Positions 19,798 through 30,015 are shown, counted from the stretch's first letter. The stretch is 56,120 nucleotides of DNA from Candidatus Hermodarchaeota archaeon (GCA_048885525.1 JBHLLP010000019.1:3930-60049), one strand, 5' to 3'. Notes: generated by a model not told the origin, from the letters alone. A program made the numbers and translations.

Positions 19798-20730
19798 ATG
19801 GAACAATTATTAAAAGATGCTGAAAGAATTAAGTCTTTAGAAATTCAAGGAGCTACTAATATTGCTATTAGTGCTATCGATTTCTTAAGTAATTATGCTA
19901 AAAGATTGAAATGTAAGATTTTTGAGAAATGCTTTGAAAAACTTTGCAAGGCACGAGATCTTTTAGTAGATACAAGACCAACTGAACCTGCGATGAAAAA
20001 TGGTTTGAAATTTATAATGAGTAGCTTAGAGCGAGAAAAAGAGAGCATTATACCTGAATTTATTTCTGATTTTATTGAAAAGTATAAAAATCTCTATTAT
20101 AATATGCTTCAAAATTCAAAAAAAAGAATAGCAGAAATTGGGGCTAGACGTTTTCCTCCTATAGATCAAAAATTTGTCGTGATGACTCATTGTCACTCAA
20201 GTTTAGTTACAGGCATTTTTTTAGAAGCTAAGAAACAAGGTAAAGATTTTAAAGTAATAAATACTGAAACACAACCTCGATTGCAAGGTAGAAAAACCTC
20301 ACAAGAATTATTGAAGGCGGGTATAAAAGTTATTCATGTTGTTGATAGTGCGATGAGATGGGCAGTGAAACATTATCAGGTGGATATAATCATAATTGGC
20401 GCCGATAGCATTACTTCAGAAGGAACAATTATTAATAAAATAGGATCACGACTATTAGCATTAGTTGCTCACGAAGAACATGTACCATTCTATGTTGCTT
20501 CTCCTTTATTAAAGTATAATCCTGAGACTAATCTAGGGATTTTGGAAACTATTGAAATGAGAAATCCCCTAGAAATATGGGAAAATCCTCCAGAAGGAAT
20601 TGAAATTTTGAATCCAGCATTTGAAACCGTAAGTAGAAGATATATCGACGGATTAATTACAGAAGTAGGTATATTTGCTTCGAGTCATGTACCAAACTAT
20701 TTTACAAAAACATATCCAGAAATGATTTAG
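19798..20730 (+). CDS. ribose-1,5-bisphosphate isomerase (eIF2B-like family)
   Basis: EIQGA, TRPTEP, MTHCHS, GADSI, NKIGS, NPAFE; adjacent to RuBisCO. Confidence 0.85.
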   Translation: MEQLLKDAERIKSLEIQGATNIAISAIDFLSNYAKRLKCKIFEKCFEKLCKARDLLVDTRPTEPAMKNGLKFIMSSLEREKESIIPEFISDFIEKYKNLYYNMLQNSKKRIAEIGARRFPPIDQKFVVMTHCHSSLVTGIFLEAKKQGKDFKVINTETQPRLQGRKTSQELLKAGIKVIHVVDSAMRWAVKHYQVDIIIIGADSITSEGTIINKIGSRLLALVAHEEHVPFYVASPLLKYNPETNLGILETIEMRNPLEIWENPPEGIEILNPAFETVSRRYIDGLITEVGIFASSHVPNYFTKTYPEMI

Positions 20731-20738
20731 GATTAGTG

Positions 20739-22019
20739 TTATTTCTTTTTCCACTTTTCAATCGCTTTTGCTAATTCAGAATGCTTTTTAGCATATTCAT
20801 TTAAAGTTGAACCACTTAAAACTGCGTCAACTGCTTGCCTAATAGCTTTTGCACCTTTTTTGGTTCCATCAGGATGACCATGACATCCTCCTCCAAACTG
20901 ATAAACCATATCTTTACCTAGTATTTTTATTAGATCAGGAATATGAAGTGGACTTAAACCACCAGAAGCTACAGGTAAAGTTGACTTAATATCTCCCCAA
21001 TCTTGATTAAGCATAGTTTCACTATTATCGGAAATTTTCTGAGCAGTAAGTACCTCATTACAATCTAATACTTCCCTTTTTCCACCTTCCATTTTTCCTA
21101 TAACTGTTCCAGTGTGCAGTTGATCCATACCAATTAATCTCATGATTTTAGATAGCGCTATCATTGTCATTCCATGCTTTTTATTTCTAGTTAATGCAGC
21201 ATGCATAGCTCTATGAGCATGAATAACTATGTTTTTATCTTCTAGGTAATCTCTTATGTCTTGCAAAGCCGAAAATCCGACTGTAAGAATATCTAGCATT
21301 ATGTATTCTCCACCATTTTCAATAACATAATCTGCGCGATGTTTCATAATACTAAGAGGTGCTGTTATATTTGGCATATAAAACTTCCTTTCTCCAGTTT
21401 CATTTTCCGCTTTATCCCGCATTTTTAAAGTTTGCGTAATTCTTTTGTCAAACTTGTTAAAACTCATACTTGTTAAATTTTCATCATCCTTAACGATATC
21501 TAATCCACCAATCCACGCTTCCCCACATATAGCTGCATGTTCAACTTCATTTAAACCCACCTTTGGTTTCACAATTGTACCTAGAATGGGTCTATCCTTC
21601 ACTTTAGTTAATTTTCGAATACCATTAATTCCAAATTTCGGTCCTTTATAGGTATGAATAATATCTTTAGGAAAGCTTATATCTAATAATCTTAATGACT
21701 TTAATACCTTCATTCCATATATATTTCCGGCAATAGCACTTAAAATCTGAGGTAAATTATTTGCCTCAAAAAGCTCTTTAGTGTAAGCAATCTTAATAAT
21801 TTTCTTTTTTGGATCAATATAGAAAGCTGATGGTTTAAGTCTTTCAGCTATTTCAACGGATAAAGTTGCTATTTCCGTCCATGTACCAATTGAACTTTCT
21901 TTCGCGATTTCTTCAGTAGCATGTTGTAAATTTTTGCATTCAGGAGAAATTTCTACATAATACATTGCAATCAAATCATTTTCATTTGGTTCATAATCCA
22001 AATTTACATAATCTACCAA
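20739..22019 (-). CDS. rbcL: form III ribulose-1,5-bisphosphate carboxylase/oxygenase
   Basis: ESSIGTWT, KPKVGL, GLDIVKDDEN, HAHRAMH, GKMEG, SGG, QFGGG; TTG start after AGGTGG. Confidence 0.95.
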   Translation of the reverse strand: MVDYVNLDYEPNENDLIAMYYVEISPECKNLQHATEEIAKESSIGTWTEIATLSVEIAERLKPSAFYIDPKKKIIKIAYTKELFEANNLPQILSAIAGNIYGMKVLKSLRLLDISFPKDIIHTYKGPKFGINGIRKLTKVKDRPILGTIVKPKVGLNEVEHAAICGEAWIGGLDIVKDDENLTSMSFNKFDKRITQTLKMRDKAENETGERKFYMPNITAPLSIMKHRADYVIENGGEYIMLDILTVGFSALQDIRDYLEDKNIVIHAHRAMHAALTRNKKHGMTMIALSKIMRLIGMDQLHTGTVIGKMEGGKREVLDCNEVLTAQKISDNSETMLNQDWGDIKSTLPVASGGLSPLHIPDLIKILGKDMVYQFGGGCHGHPDGTKKGAKAIRQAVDAVLSGSTLNEYAKKHSELAKAIEKWKKK

Positions 22020-22162
22020 TTTATGCCACCTTATATCACTTACAGTTTAAAATGAATGAATAATTAGCAAATTTCCCTAAAAGAATTTCAATTTATGATT
22101 TACTATATTAAAATCATAAAAAATTAATAATATTTTTAATTATCGTACAGAGTGATAATATT

Positions 22163-22471
22163 ATGAGTGAAAGTAATAAGTCTTTTATAGTTAATGTTAA
22201 AGACCTAAGTTTTAAAAGCGAGCAACATGTTCTTGATTTAATAAGGTTCTTATCCGAAGCATTACCTCAAATAATTCTTAACCGAAATGGAAATGATATT
22301 GAAGTAGAAATGCCAAATAAATTATCTAAAAGAGTATTAAAACTTAGAATAAAAAAGTTCCTTTATAAAAAAGGATTATATAATGATTTTAGACCGGTAT
22401 TTCATAAAACTACTGACGCTGAAGGTTATATTGTGAAAGAGAAGAAAACGATCGAGCTAAGTTATTATTAA
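22163..22471 (+). CDS. rpl22e: ribosomal protein eL22 (L22e)-like
   Basis: LSKRVLKLRIKKFLYKKGL...FRPV...GY...ELSYY resembles the eL22 C-terminal half (FSKRYLKYLTKKYLKK...LRVV...YELRYF). Confidence 0.7.
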   Translation: MSESNKSFIVNVKDLSFKSEQHVLDLIRFLSEALPQIILNRNGNDIEVEMPNKLSKRVLKLRIKKFLYKKGLYNDFRPVFHKTTDAEGYIVKEKKTIELSYY

Positions 22472-22522
22472 ATCTTATTCTCTTTCAAAATAATTAAATT
22501 ATTAAAAAAAATATTATTAAAT

Positions 22523-23497
22523 GTGTCTTTAGTGGGATTTAATTTTAATATTTCGATTAAGAATGTTGAAGATTTAATACGATGTCTTAGTTTGGCAAGT
22601 CTTCTTGAAGTAGCAGGTTGGCCTAAACCAGGGAATGTTCATCGCACAAAAGATTTTGAAGAAACGAAGTTTGAACACTTTTTAGCTGGAATTGTGGCAA
22701 TACAACCAAATTTGAGAAAATTTTGTGAACGAATTTATAGAATCCAGTTTAAAAGTAAAAGTGATTATAAAAAAATCGAATTAGGTTTATTTTTTAAAAA
22801 AGCTGCTCAAGAAATGATAAAATGGCAAAGTGGAGGCAATGTTTTATTAGGACATATATTAATTTTAGCACCTCTCGCTGCAGCATCAGTAATTTGTTTG
22901 AAAACTAAAAAATATCATTTTAATGATTTTAAAGCTAATTTAAATAAAGTAATTCAGAACTCTTCTAAATATGATACTGTAAATATGTATGAAGCAATAC
23001 GGATATGTAATCCTGGCGGTTTAGGAACAGTTGAAAAATATGATATTAATAATGAAAATTCTTTAAATGATATCATTTCTGATAATATAACTTTACAAAA
23101 AATATTTGAACTTTCAAAAGATAAGGATTTGATAAGTTTAGAGTATGCTACTGGTTTTACTAATATTCTAAATGAAGGGTTGCCATATTTTTTAGAAATT
23201 TTTAACCAAAGTAGTGATATAAATACTGCAACAGTTAATACTTATCTAAAATTTTTATCTTTACATCCAGACACTCTTGTTATTAGAAAATCGGGATTTG
23301 ATGTTGCTTTATATATCTCAAAGGCTGCGTCAAATATCTTAGAAAATGGAGGTATTTCTTCTAATGAGGGTTTAAGATTAACATTGGTTTTAGATAATGA
23401 ACTTCAACAAAAAAAAGGAAAGTTAAATCCAGGTACTACGGCTGATCTAATTTCTGGAGTTATATTCTGCGCATTACTTTTTGGTTTAAGATATTAA
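22523..23497 (+). CDS. citG: triphosphoribosyl-dephospho-CoA synthase (CitG family, archaeal type)
   Basis: LLEVAGWPKPGNVHR, PDTLVIRK, LNPGTTADL. Confidence 0.85.
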   Translation: MSLVGFNFNISIKNVEDLIRCLSLASLLEVAGWPKPGNVHRTKDFEETKFEHFLAGIVAIQPNLRKFCERIYRIQFKSKSDYKKIELGLFFKKAAQEMIKWQSGGNVLLGHILILAPLAAASVICLKTKKYHFNDFKANLNKVIQNSSKYDTVNMYEAIRICNPGGLGTVEKYDINNENSLNDIISDNITLQKIFELSKDKDLISLEYATGFTNILNEGLPYFLEIFNQSSDINTATVNTYLKFLSLHPDTLVIRKSGFDVALYISKAASNILENGGISSNEGLRLTLVLDNELQQKKGKLNPGTTADLISGVIFCALLFGLRY

Positions 23498-23579
23498 ATC
23501 CAAAAAAAATATTTGGGAGAATTAATTTAGTATTTTTAGGTGTTTTTTACTAATAGTATTATCTGGGGTTATAAAAGAG

Positions 23580-23930
23580 ATGGAGTTTTGCGATGAATGT
23601 GGCGGAATGATGCTACCATCAAATATAAATGGAGAAAAAGTGTTGAAATGTAAGTGCGGAGCAATCAAGCCATTTGTAGAAGAAAAATTTAAAGCCTATA
23701 CCGTAACCACTAAAATTGAGCATTCTATTAGAGATGAAGTGACGAATTTAGCTGAAGTTATGGATTGGAAGGAAGAGAATTTAAGAAGTACGATTAAAGA
23801 TTTTAAATGTCCTCGATGTGGTTATACCAAAGCTCACCTTGAAACCCGCCAAACAAGAAGAGCAGATGAGGGGATGACGCACTTTATTACATGCTTAAAA
23901 TGTGGAAAAATGAAAAAAATTGGAAGCTAA
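23580..23930 (+). CDS. tfs: transcription factor S / RpoM-like zinc-ribbon protein
   Basis: MEFCDECG...CKC; CPRCG...QTRRADEGMT.F..CLKCG. Confidence 0.85.
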   Translation: MEFCDECGGMMLPSNINGEKVLKCKCGAIKPFVEEKFKAYTVTTKIEHSIRDEVTNLAEVMDWKEENLRSTIKDFKCPRCGYTKAHLETRQTRRADEGMTHFITCLKCGKMKKIGS

Positions 23931-23941
23931 GTTTATGATTT

Positions 23942-24238
23942 TTAATTAACAAGCTTTCTAAATAGTTCTTGTTCTTCGGTTTTTTCTAAAAAGGTAATTT
24001 TAATTAATTTATTTTGAGCTTTCAGACCAGATATTATTTGAATTTGATGTGATGATATTTTTAATTTCCATTTTATAAGATTTATTAGCTCTTTATTAGC
24101 TTTATTTTGTATAGGTTTCGAGTGAAGATATATTGTTAGAGAATCACCATTATAAATGATTTTTTGATTTTTTGAGTTTGTTTTTACATTCAATCTAATA
24201 GTATATATAGTATCTGAATGTTTTTCTAAAAAAATCAT
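23942..24238 (-). CDS. DUF167 (YggU/UPF0235) family protein
   Basis: LNVKTNS...SKPIQNKANKELI...IQIISGLKAQNKLI. Confidence 0.8.
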   Translation of the reverse strand: MIFLEKHSDTIYTIRLNVKTNSKNQKIIYNGDSLTIYLHSKPIQNKANKELINLIKWKLKISSHQIQIISGLKAQNKLIKITFLEKTEEQELFRKLVN

Positions 24239-24266
24239 TTTTCAATATTAATTAATATATGATAAA

Positions 24267-25646
24267 TCAAATAAATTCATCAACTCTCTTTTTTAAGAGA
24301 TTATAAGATGGTTTTGATAATCTAATACCGCCAGCTAATTTATGACCCCCACCTACGCCTCCTAATTCTTTCTTTATGTTTGCAATTATTTTATTTACTC
24401 CATGAGCTTTATTATTTTCAAGATAATTTCTTGAACATCGAATACTCAATTTTATAGTACCTGATTTCTTTTCAGGTCCACCTAAAAACAAGACCTTATT
24501 TGGATCAAATAATTCATTGACTGTAAAAAAACTAGCGGTATCCGACCAGTTGCTTGGTGGAATTTTTTCCTTTACTTCCATGAATAAGGCTTTTTTAGTC
24601 TTATAATTAGGAACTTCATTTGAAAGGGTTCTTAAATTTCTAGCAAGAGTTTCAATATACTCAAAATAAATTCCTTTAGCATAACGAGTTATTGAGTTTA
24701 GCTGAATTATAGAGAGAGCAGCGCTAATATTTTTGAAACATAAAATATTTAATAGAAGAGCATGTTCGAAAGCAAATTTTAATAATCCTGATTTGTGAGG
24801 TAATATTGCATAGTGACCAAAACTATTAATTTTGGCTTCTTTTTGAATTAGATTAACCTCTGATTCATTCAATTCAATTACTTTGGTTCTTGGATTGACT
24901 TCTATTGAATTTAAGAAAGATGTGATTTTATAATCTGATTCACCTCCAAACTGACCAAGAAAGGGTAATATGCTATATTTTAAACCATTCTTAATTGAAT
25001 CATACATACCACCAAACAGGATTAAACCTTCTTTATCTTCAATTAGATCTTCATCAACCAATTCCTCATAAACTTCTTGATTAAATGATTGTAATTTATC
25101 CATAGGTTTCAATGAATCTCCAGCAATTCCTATAACTGTTAACCATCCTTTTTTGATTATCGAATGTTTTATTTGTTTTGCAAACATATATGTTAAAGTT
25201 GCCCCAGCAATATGCTCAAGTCCATCATATCCATAAATGGTAGGATTTACAAAAAATAGATTTTCGGGTAATTCATCTGTAATAAGGTTATCTTCTACCT
25301 CATGATGATCAAGGATAAAAAAAATTTCTTTTCGATTCTTTATAATTGGAATTAATTCTTTTAAGTTGGAACCCACATCCGTAAAAATAAATGCATTTTT
25401 ATTAGTTTGTCTGTTTGAGAGAATACCTCTTAAATAGTTTTCCCAAGAAACAGATCTGTTATAAATAAAGTAATCATAATCTAATTGCATCTTATGTAAT
25501 AAATTTTGGATTATATGAAGGCAACTTATTCCATCAGCATCGTTATGGGAAATGGTAATGACATGGGTAAAAGCACGATCAATGAATTGGTCCACAGCAT
25601 TTTTCAAATCACCTATAAATTTAGTTTTATTTGGTGTATCGGTCAT
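24267..25646 (-). CDS. DHH/DHHA1 phosphoesterase, RecJ/Cdc45 (GAN)-like
   Basis: SHNDADG, FTDVGS, ILDHH, GIAGD, GGGHKLAGG. Confidence 0.85.
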   Translation of the reverse strand: MTDTPNKTKFIGDLKNAVDQFIDRAFTHVITISHNDADGISCLHIIQNLLHKMQLDYDYFIYNRSVSWENYLRGILSNRQTNKNAFIFTDVGSNLKELIPIIKNRKEIFFILDHHEVEDNLITDELPENLFFVNPTIYGYDGLEHIAGATLTYMFAKQIKHSIIKKGWLTVIGIAGDSLKPMDKLQSFNQEVYEELVDEDLIEDKEGLILFGGMYDSIKNGLKYSILPFLGQFGGESDYKITSFLNSIEVNPRTKVIELNESEVNLIQKEAKINSFGHYAILPHKSGLLKFAFEHALLLNILCFKNISAALSIIQLNSITRYAKGIYFEYIETLARNLRTLSNEVPNYKTKKALFMEVKEKIPPSNWSDTASFFTVNELFDPNKVLFLGGPEKKSGTIKLSIRCSRNYLENNKAHGVNKIIANIKKELGGVGGGHKLAGGIRLSKPSYNLLKKRVDEFI

Positions 25647-25921
25647 TTATATCATATATTTAAAATAAATAGATTGTATCTTATCAAAATCTTGAACGAT
25701 AAATAATTCTCTATACTATACTTTGAAGAGAGTGAATTCTTAAAACTATTTTTTATTAGTGTTACTATCTAATTTTGAAACCTAATAAATCCCAAATAAA
25801 TTCTATAATTATAAATATTCCTATTTCATTTAATTCTTATTTGAAACTTAAGATCTATAGAAAAATTATTTAATTTGTTTTAATTTTCTGTTCTAAATAT
25901 GTTAATGTTAAGAATTTTAAA

Positions 25922-27604
25922 ATGAAATATAGAAAACGGAATTATATTCATATCTATACTAAGATATTGTTAATTGTTTTAACTATCTCTCTTATATATA
26001 TTCCGTTAGTTTTTGAAAATAGTACATTTAATTCCACAAATACAGGTTATAATTCCAATCTTAAACAAAGTAGTTTTTCTAAGGATGATTATACTCCTAT
26101 TCTAAATGAAGAAAAACAAGCGCTTGGGAATGTTACTATAAATAATATTGACTTTACCGAATTAGAAATGGGTTTTTATATCTATAATACAACATACCCA
26201 CTTCTTTGGAACGATTACTATACAAATTCGTTGAATTTAACACAAATTAATATACACTTCATAGAAACAATAGAAACCGCAATTGTAGATAATTTGGATG
26301 ATAATATAGAAGATAGGAGTATTATAACTGTGAAATTAAATGAAAGTTTGTATGTTGAATATAATAATTTAACTTTAGGGTATTTAATATATCATTCTCG
26401 TTTAGTTCCGTGCGATTTGGTAGAATTCTTTATAGATAATGGGACCAATATCACAGAATTGACAATTGATACTGATTATAGTATTGATAATGATAACTTT
26501 ATTGTATTTAATTATGAAACCTATTTTCAAGAATGGTCAAGTTCCAACTTCTCCATGTATCTTATCTGGGAATATGATTTAACATTAAATGATTGGAGAT
26601 TAAGTCAAAATAGTAAAAAAAATTTAATAATTAATGAAAAGATACAAAATTTCACTGTTGATTTTAATTATAATTTTATTTTAAATGGTAGACAATATGA
26701 TCAATCAATTTCAGAATCAACAATATTCGCTAATGATATAATTATTGCATTAACGGTTAATCTTCCAGACAAAAATTCATTAAATGACCATGTTCTTGAA
26801 TTAAATAATGTATCAGTGAATATTAACGATCATTTAATAAACAAAACTATTAAAATATTTTTAACAGATGATTTTAATGCCAATCAAAGTTTAGTTTCTC
26901 TCAATTTCACCTCTTCTTATATTTTAGAGTTTATTGAACCGCTTGGAGAGACATGGGCTATAGATAGACTTGTAGAAGGGAGAAATACACGAGAGCGTAT
27001 TTATTTCGCATCCTTAATCAATGGTCCTCAACATATATATCTTAAATTTGTATCATTTTATGAACCTACTATTTATTTTGACCAAGTAATAAAGAATTAT
27101 TCATTATTTGAAAGGGATTTTGCTTATTTTTATGTAAATGTTTCTGAAACAGGGAAAGAAGGAATAAAAATAAGTGTTCCCTATTTAATTGCTGGAGAGA
27201 CCTGTCCTTTCATAATTAAGTATGCATCAACACAGCCTTTACGAATTGTTGTTACTGATAACATAAAAATGCCATTAGTAGGTGCAGATTTAGAAATATA
27301 TTATTTTGGTCAAAAATACGGAACATTTATTTCTTCTGATCATGTTCAACCAATATCACCAGGGAAGTCTAATGAAAATGGAGAAATTAAATTGAATGAT
27401 GTACCTAATGGAAATTATACAATTAGAGTCTATTATAATGGAATATTTCTAAAAGAGTCAGTGGTAAATACTAAGAATGAAATAAATTATGTCTACACTA
27501 ATTATCCGCATTTCCCTTTTTGGATAATTATTTTTGGAAGTATAAATGGATTAATCCTCCTCTTTGGAGTAATATTTTATTTAAAAAATAAAAAAACACG
27601 ATAA
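25922..27604 (+). CDS. membrane-anchored extracellular glycoprotein with C-terminal carboxypeptidase-regulatory-like beta-sandwich
   Basis: N- and C-terminal TM helices, many N-x-S/T sequons, PLVGA...SNENGEIKLNDVPNGNYTIRV. Confidence 0.65.
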   Translation: MKYRKRNYIHIYTKILLIVLTISLIYIPLVFENSTFNSTNTGYNSNLKQSSFSKDDYTPILNEEKQALGNVTINNIDFTELEMGFYIYNTTYPLLWNDYYTNSLNLTQINIHFIETIETAIVDNLDDNIEDRSIITVKLNESLYVEYNNLTLGYLIYHSRLVPCDLVEFFIDNGTNITELTIDTDYSIDNDNFIVFNYETYFQEWSSSNFSMYLIWEYDLTLNDWRLSQNSKKNLIINEKIQNFTVDFNYNFILNGRQYDQSISESTIFANDIIIALTVNLPDKNSLNDHVLELNNVSVNINDHLINKTIKIFLTDDFNANQSLVSLNFTSSYILEFIEPLGETWAIDRLVEGRNTRERIYFASLINGPQHIYLKFVSFYEPTIYFDQVIKNYSLFERDFAYFYVNVSETGKEGIKISVPYLIAGETCPFIIKYASTQPLRIVVTDNIKMPLVGADLEIYYFGQKYGTFISSDHVQPISPGKSNENGEIKLNDVPNGNYTIRVYYNGIFLKESVVNTKNEINYVYTNYPHFPFWIIIFGSINGLILLFGVIFYLKNKKTR

Positions 27605-27609
27605 GTACT

Positions 27610-27939
27610 TTGATTGTTATCTTTTGTGATAATATTGATGATTTTTGCGCTTTTCTTCAAAGAAGAATTATGAATGAGATATTTTTTGAAATAAAAGAAG
27701 TGAAAAACCAATCAGATTTATCGAGTAATGTCATTGCAGAGATAATTATTCACTTCCTTGCTAAAGTGTCTGATACATTGATATTATATGAAACTAAACA
27801 AAATTTAACCAGATCGCGTGATATGAATAATGAAAAAGAAGTAATTCATACATTAAATAAAGTATTTCATGGTGTAGATCAATCACTTACTCTGATTAAG
27901 GGTAAAATTCGTGAGGTTTTTATCTCTTATTCTTCATAA
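27610..27939 (+). CDS. hypothetical protein
   Basis: 109-aa ORF immediately downstream of the previous gene. Confidence 0.55.
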   Translation: MIVIFCDNIDDFCAFLQRRIMNEIFFEIKEVKNQSDLSSNVIAEIIIHFLAKVSDTLILYETKQNLTRSRDMNNEKEVIHTLNKVFHGVDQSLTLIKGKIREVFISYSS

Positions 27940-27971
27940 TATTTTGTAGTAGAAGGTTTTAATATAAGTTT

Positions 27972-29561
27972 TTATGTTTGATTTATAGTTTCTCCGTAGC
28001 CAATTAGCCGATAACGTCTATTTATTATTCTCGAAATAGCGTAGATAAAGTTTTCTGGAGGACATATTGGAGGATTTAGTTTGAGGATAACACTATTCTT
28101 CAATATTTTTATAACAGTTCCTCCTGTTTTTTCAGTACCTACAACTAATAATAATTTTTCATTATGTTTAAGTGAATATACTCTGAGCATTTGCTCAGAA
28201 CCAATCACTCTATCTAAAAGATTTATTTTTAGTTCTATTTCATCAAGAACATCGGGTAAAGTTCCAGGTTTTCCAACCAAATGGCCGATTAGGTGATCAC
28301 CCTTAGTTAAAGCAGGATCTAGTTTAGTTCCCAAACCTATGAGACCTCCAGGTTTTGCATTATCCAATAGATTATTTCCCTGACTAATACTTACAACAGT
28401 GGATTTTAGAGGAGTGTAATTATCTTTTATTCTTAAGCCAGGACGAATTTCAATTTGGTCACCAACATTAATTTTTCCTTTTAAAACAGATCCACCTATT
28501 ACACCTCCTTTAAGATCTTTGATTTCTTTTCCAGGACGATTAATATCAAAAGATCTTGCAATTAAAAATTGGAAATCTCCTTCACTAAATTCAGGAGATG
28601 GAATTATTTCTTCAAATGCTCTTAAAATTAGATCAATATTTGCTCCAAATACCGCTGAAACCGGTATAATTGGAGCTTTTTCTGCAATAGTCCCTTTAAT
28701 AAATTTTTTTATTTGTTGATGATTTTCCATAGCTTGCTCTCTTGAAACCGCATCAATTTTATTTTGTATTATGATAATATTTTCTATACCAGCAATATGC
28801 AATGCTTCTAAATGTTCTCTTGTTTGTGGTTGAGGACATATCTCATCTGCTGCGATTAATAAACATGCACCATCCATCAAAGATGCACCACTTAACATTG
28901 TAGCCATTAAGATTTCATGACCAGGAGCATCAACAAATGAAATATTTCTTCTAAATTCCAACAGTTCTTTACATTGTGGACATAAAAAGTGGGTTTCCCC
29001 TTTTTTTCTTGCTTTTTCAGCTAGGTAATATGTTAGATACTTATCACAATTTGGACAATACAGAATGGTGGCATTTGAATAACCTAGCTTTATTGAAATT
29101 CCTCTTTCTTGCTCTTCTGAGTGCCGATCTGTCCAATCTCCTGTTAGGGCTTTTACTAGGGTTGTCTGTATGTTTAATGAAGAATCCCTTCATAAAATTC
29201 CATGATCTACATGCCCTACAAGCCCTATATTGCATTCTGCTTGTTTCTTTATCAATTCTTTTAGTATATTAGCTTTCTCTTTTGATATTGGTTTTGCTTT
29301 AGGTTTTGATATCTGTTTTTCCTCTATTATTTCTTTCAGTTCATCAGAGGGTTGTTCTGTTATTTCATTTTCTTTTAACATTTTTATAGCATTTGTAATG
29401 TATTTTTCTGCGGTTGCTTTTCCGACACCCTTAATTTTTAGCTTCAATAAATCTTTTGGGCTAGCATTAGCAAGTTTTTCAACGGAATCAATATTAGCTG
29501 CCTTTAATCTTTCTGCTGTTGCTTTTCCAATTCCACTTACATCTTCCAATTTATATGACAT
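27972..29561 (-). CDS. eif2g: translation initiation factor aIF2 gamma with N-terminal HhH domain; two exons join(29561..29198, 29167..27972), 519 aa if spliced
   Basis: Exon 1 ends QAECNIGLVGHVDHG+A. Exon 2 reads AG ACA ACC CTA... giving KTTLVKALTGDWTDRHSEEQERGISIKLGY, a Zn knuckle, SFVDAPGHEILMATMLSGA, QNKID, RSFDINRPG, RLIGYG. The ORF track splits it into 29190-29561 and 27972-28961. Confidence 0.9.
29168..29197 (-). other. putative 30-nt BHB-type intron in aIF2-gamma mRNA
   Basis: TTTTATGAAGGGATTCTTCATTAAACATAC interrupts the AAG (Lys) codon of GHVDHGKTT, contains an in-frame TGA and an internal hairpin ATGAAG/CTTCAT; both junctions fall after nt 2 of 3-nt bulges. Confidence 0.8.
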
Positions 29562-29690
29562 ATTAGTTTAATTTTATTTTATTTAACTCCTAAATATTTA
29601 ATTTCCTAAGAACAATTAAGGTACTATTTTTTATTAAATTAATCAATATATAGAATGTTTTAAAAAAACATAAGGCTAAAATCCGTTATC

Positions 29691-29909
29691 TTATGTTGTT
29701 TCAATTGTTTTGATGCCACCAGGTTTTTTTTCAAGCTCTATATAAGAAACTCTTAAAAGGCTATCAACGTAGAAGGTCGATAATTTCTTACATGCTTTAC
29801 AAATTATATACACTGGAGCGGGGTATTGAGTAAAATCAATATGTTCCATTTCAATTCTAAATGCAATTTTTTCATTACAATGAGGACAAAAATTAAATCT
29901 CAATGGCAT
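29691..29909 (-). CDS. small zinc-finger protein
   Basis: CPHC...YPAPVYIICKAC...YVDS. Confidence 0.65.
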   Translation of the reverse strand: MPLRFNFCPHCNEKIAFRIEMEHIDFTQYPAPVYIICKACKKLSTFYVDSLLRVSYIELEKKPGGIKTIETT

Positions 29910-30015
29910 CCATAAAAACTCGATAATTTTCTATTATAATAATTAGATTCTTATTTTTAAATTCTTATTTCTAATAATAAATATAGAATTAATAATTTGT
30001 AACCATTGATAATAT

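Noticed and set aside
29190-29192. Selenocysteine or stop readthrough of the in-frame TGA in eif2g
   Set aside because: The insert is in frame, but readthrough would give GHVDHG-ILURDSSLNIQ-TTL, losing the essential P-loop lysine. Precise excision restores it.
29165-29220. Spliceosomal-like GT...CAG intron (GTA sites upstream, CAG at the 3' end of the insert)
   Set aside because: Any GT-AG excision deletes VDHG and still gives no lysine. The boundaries that restore the motif are TT...AC.
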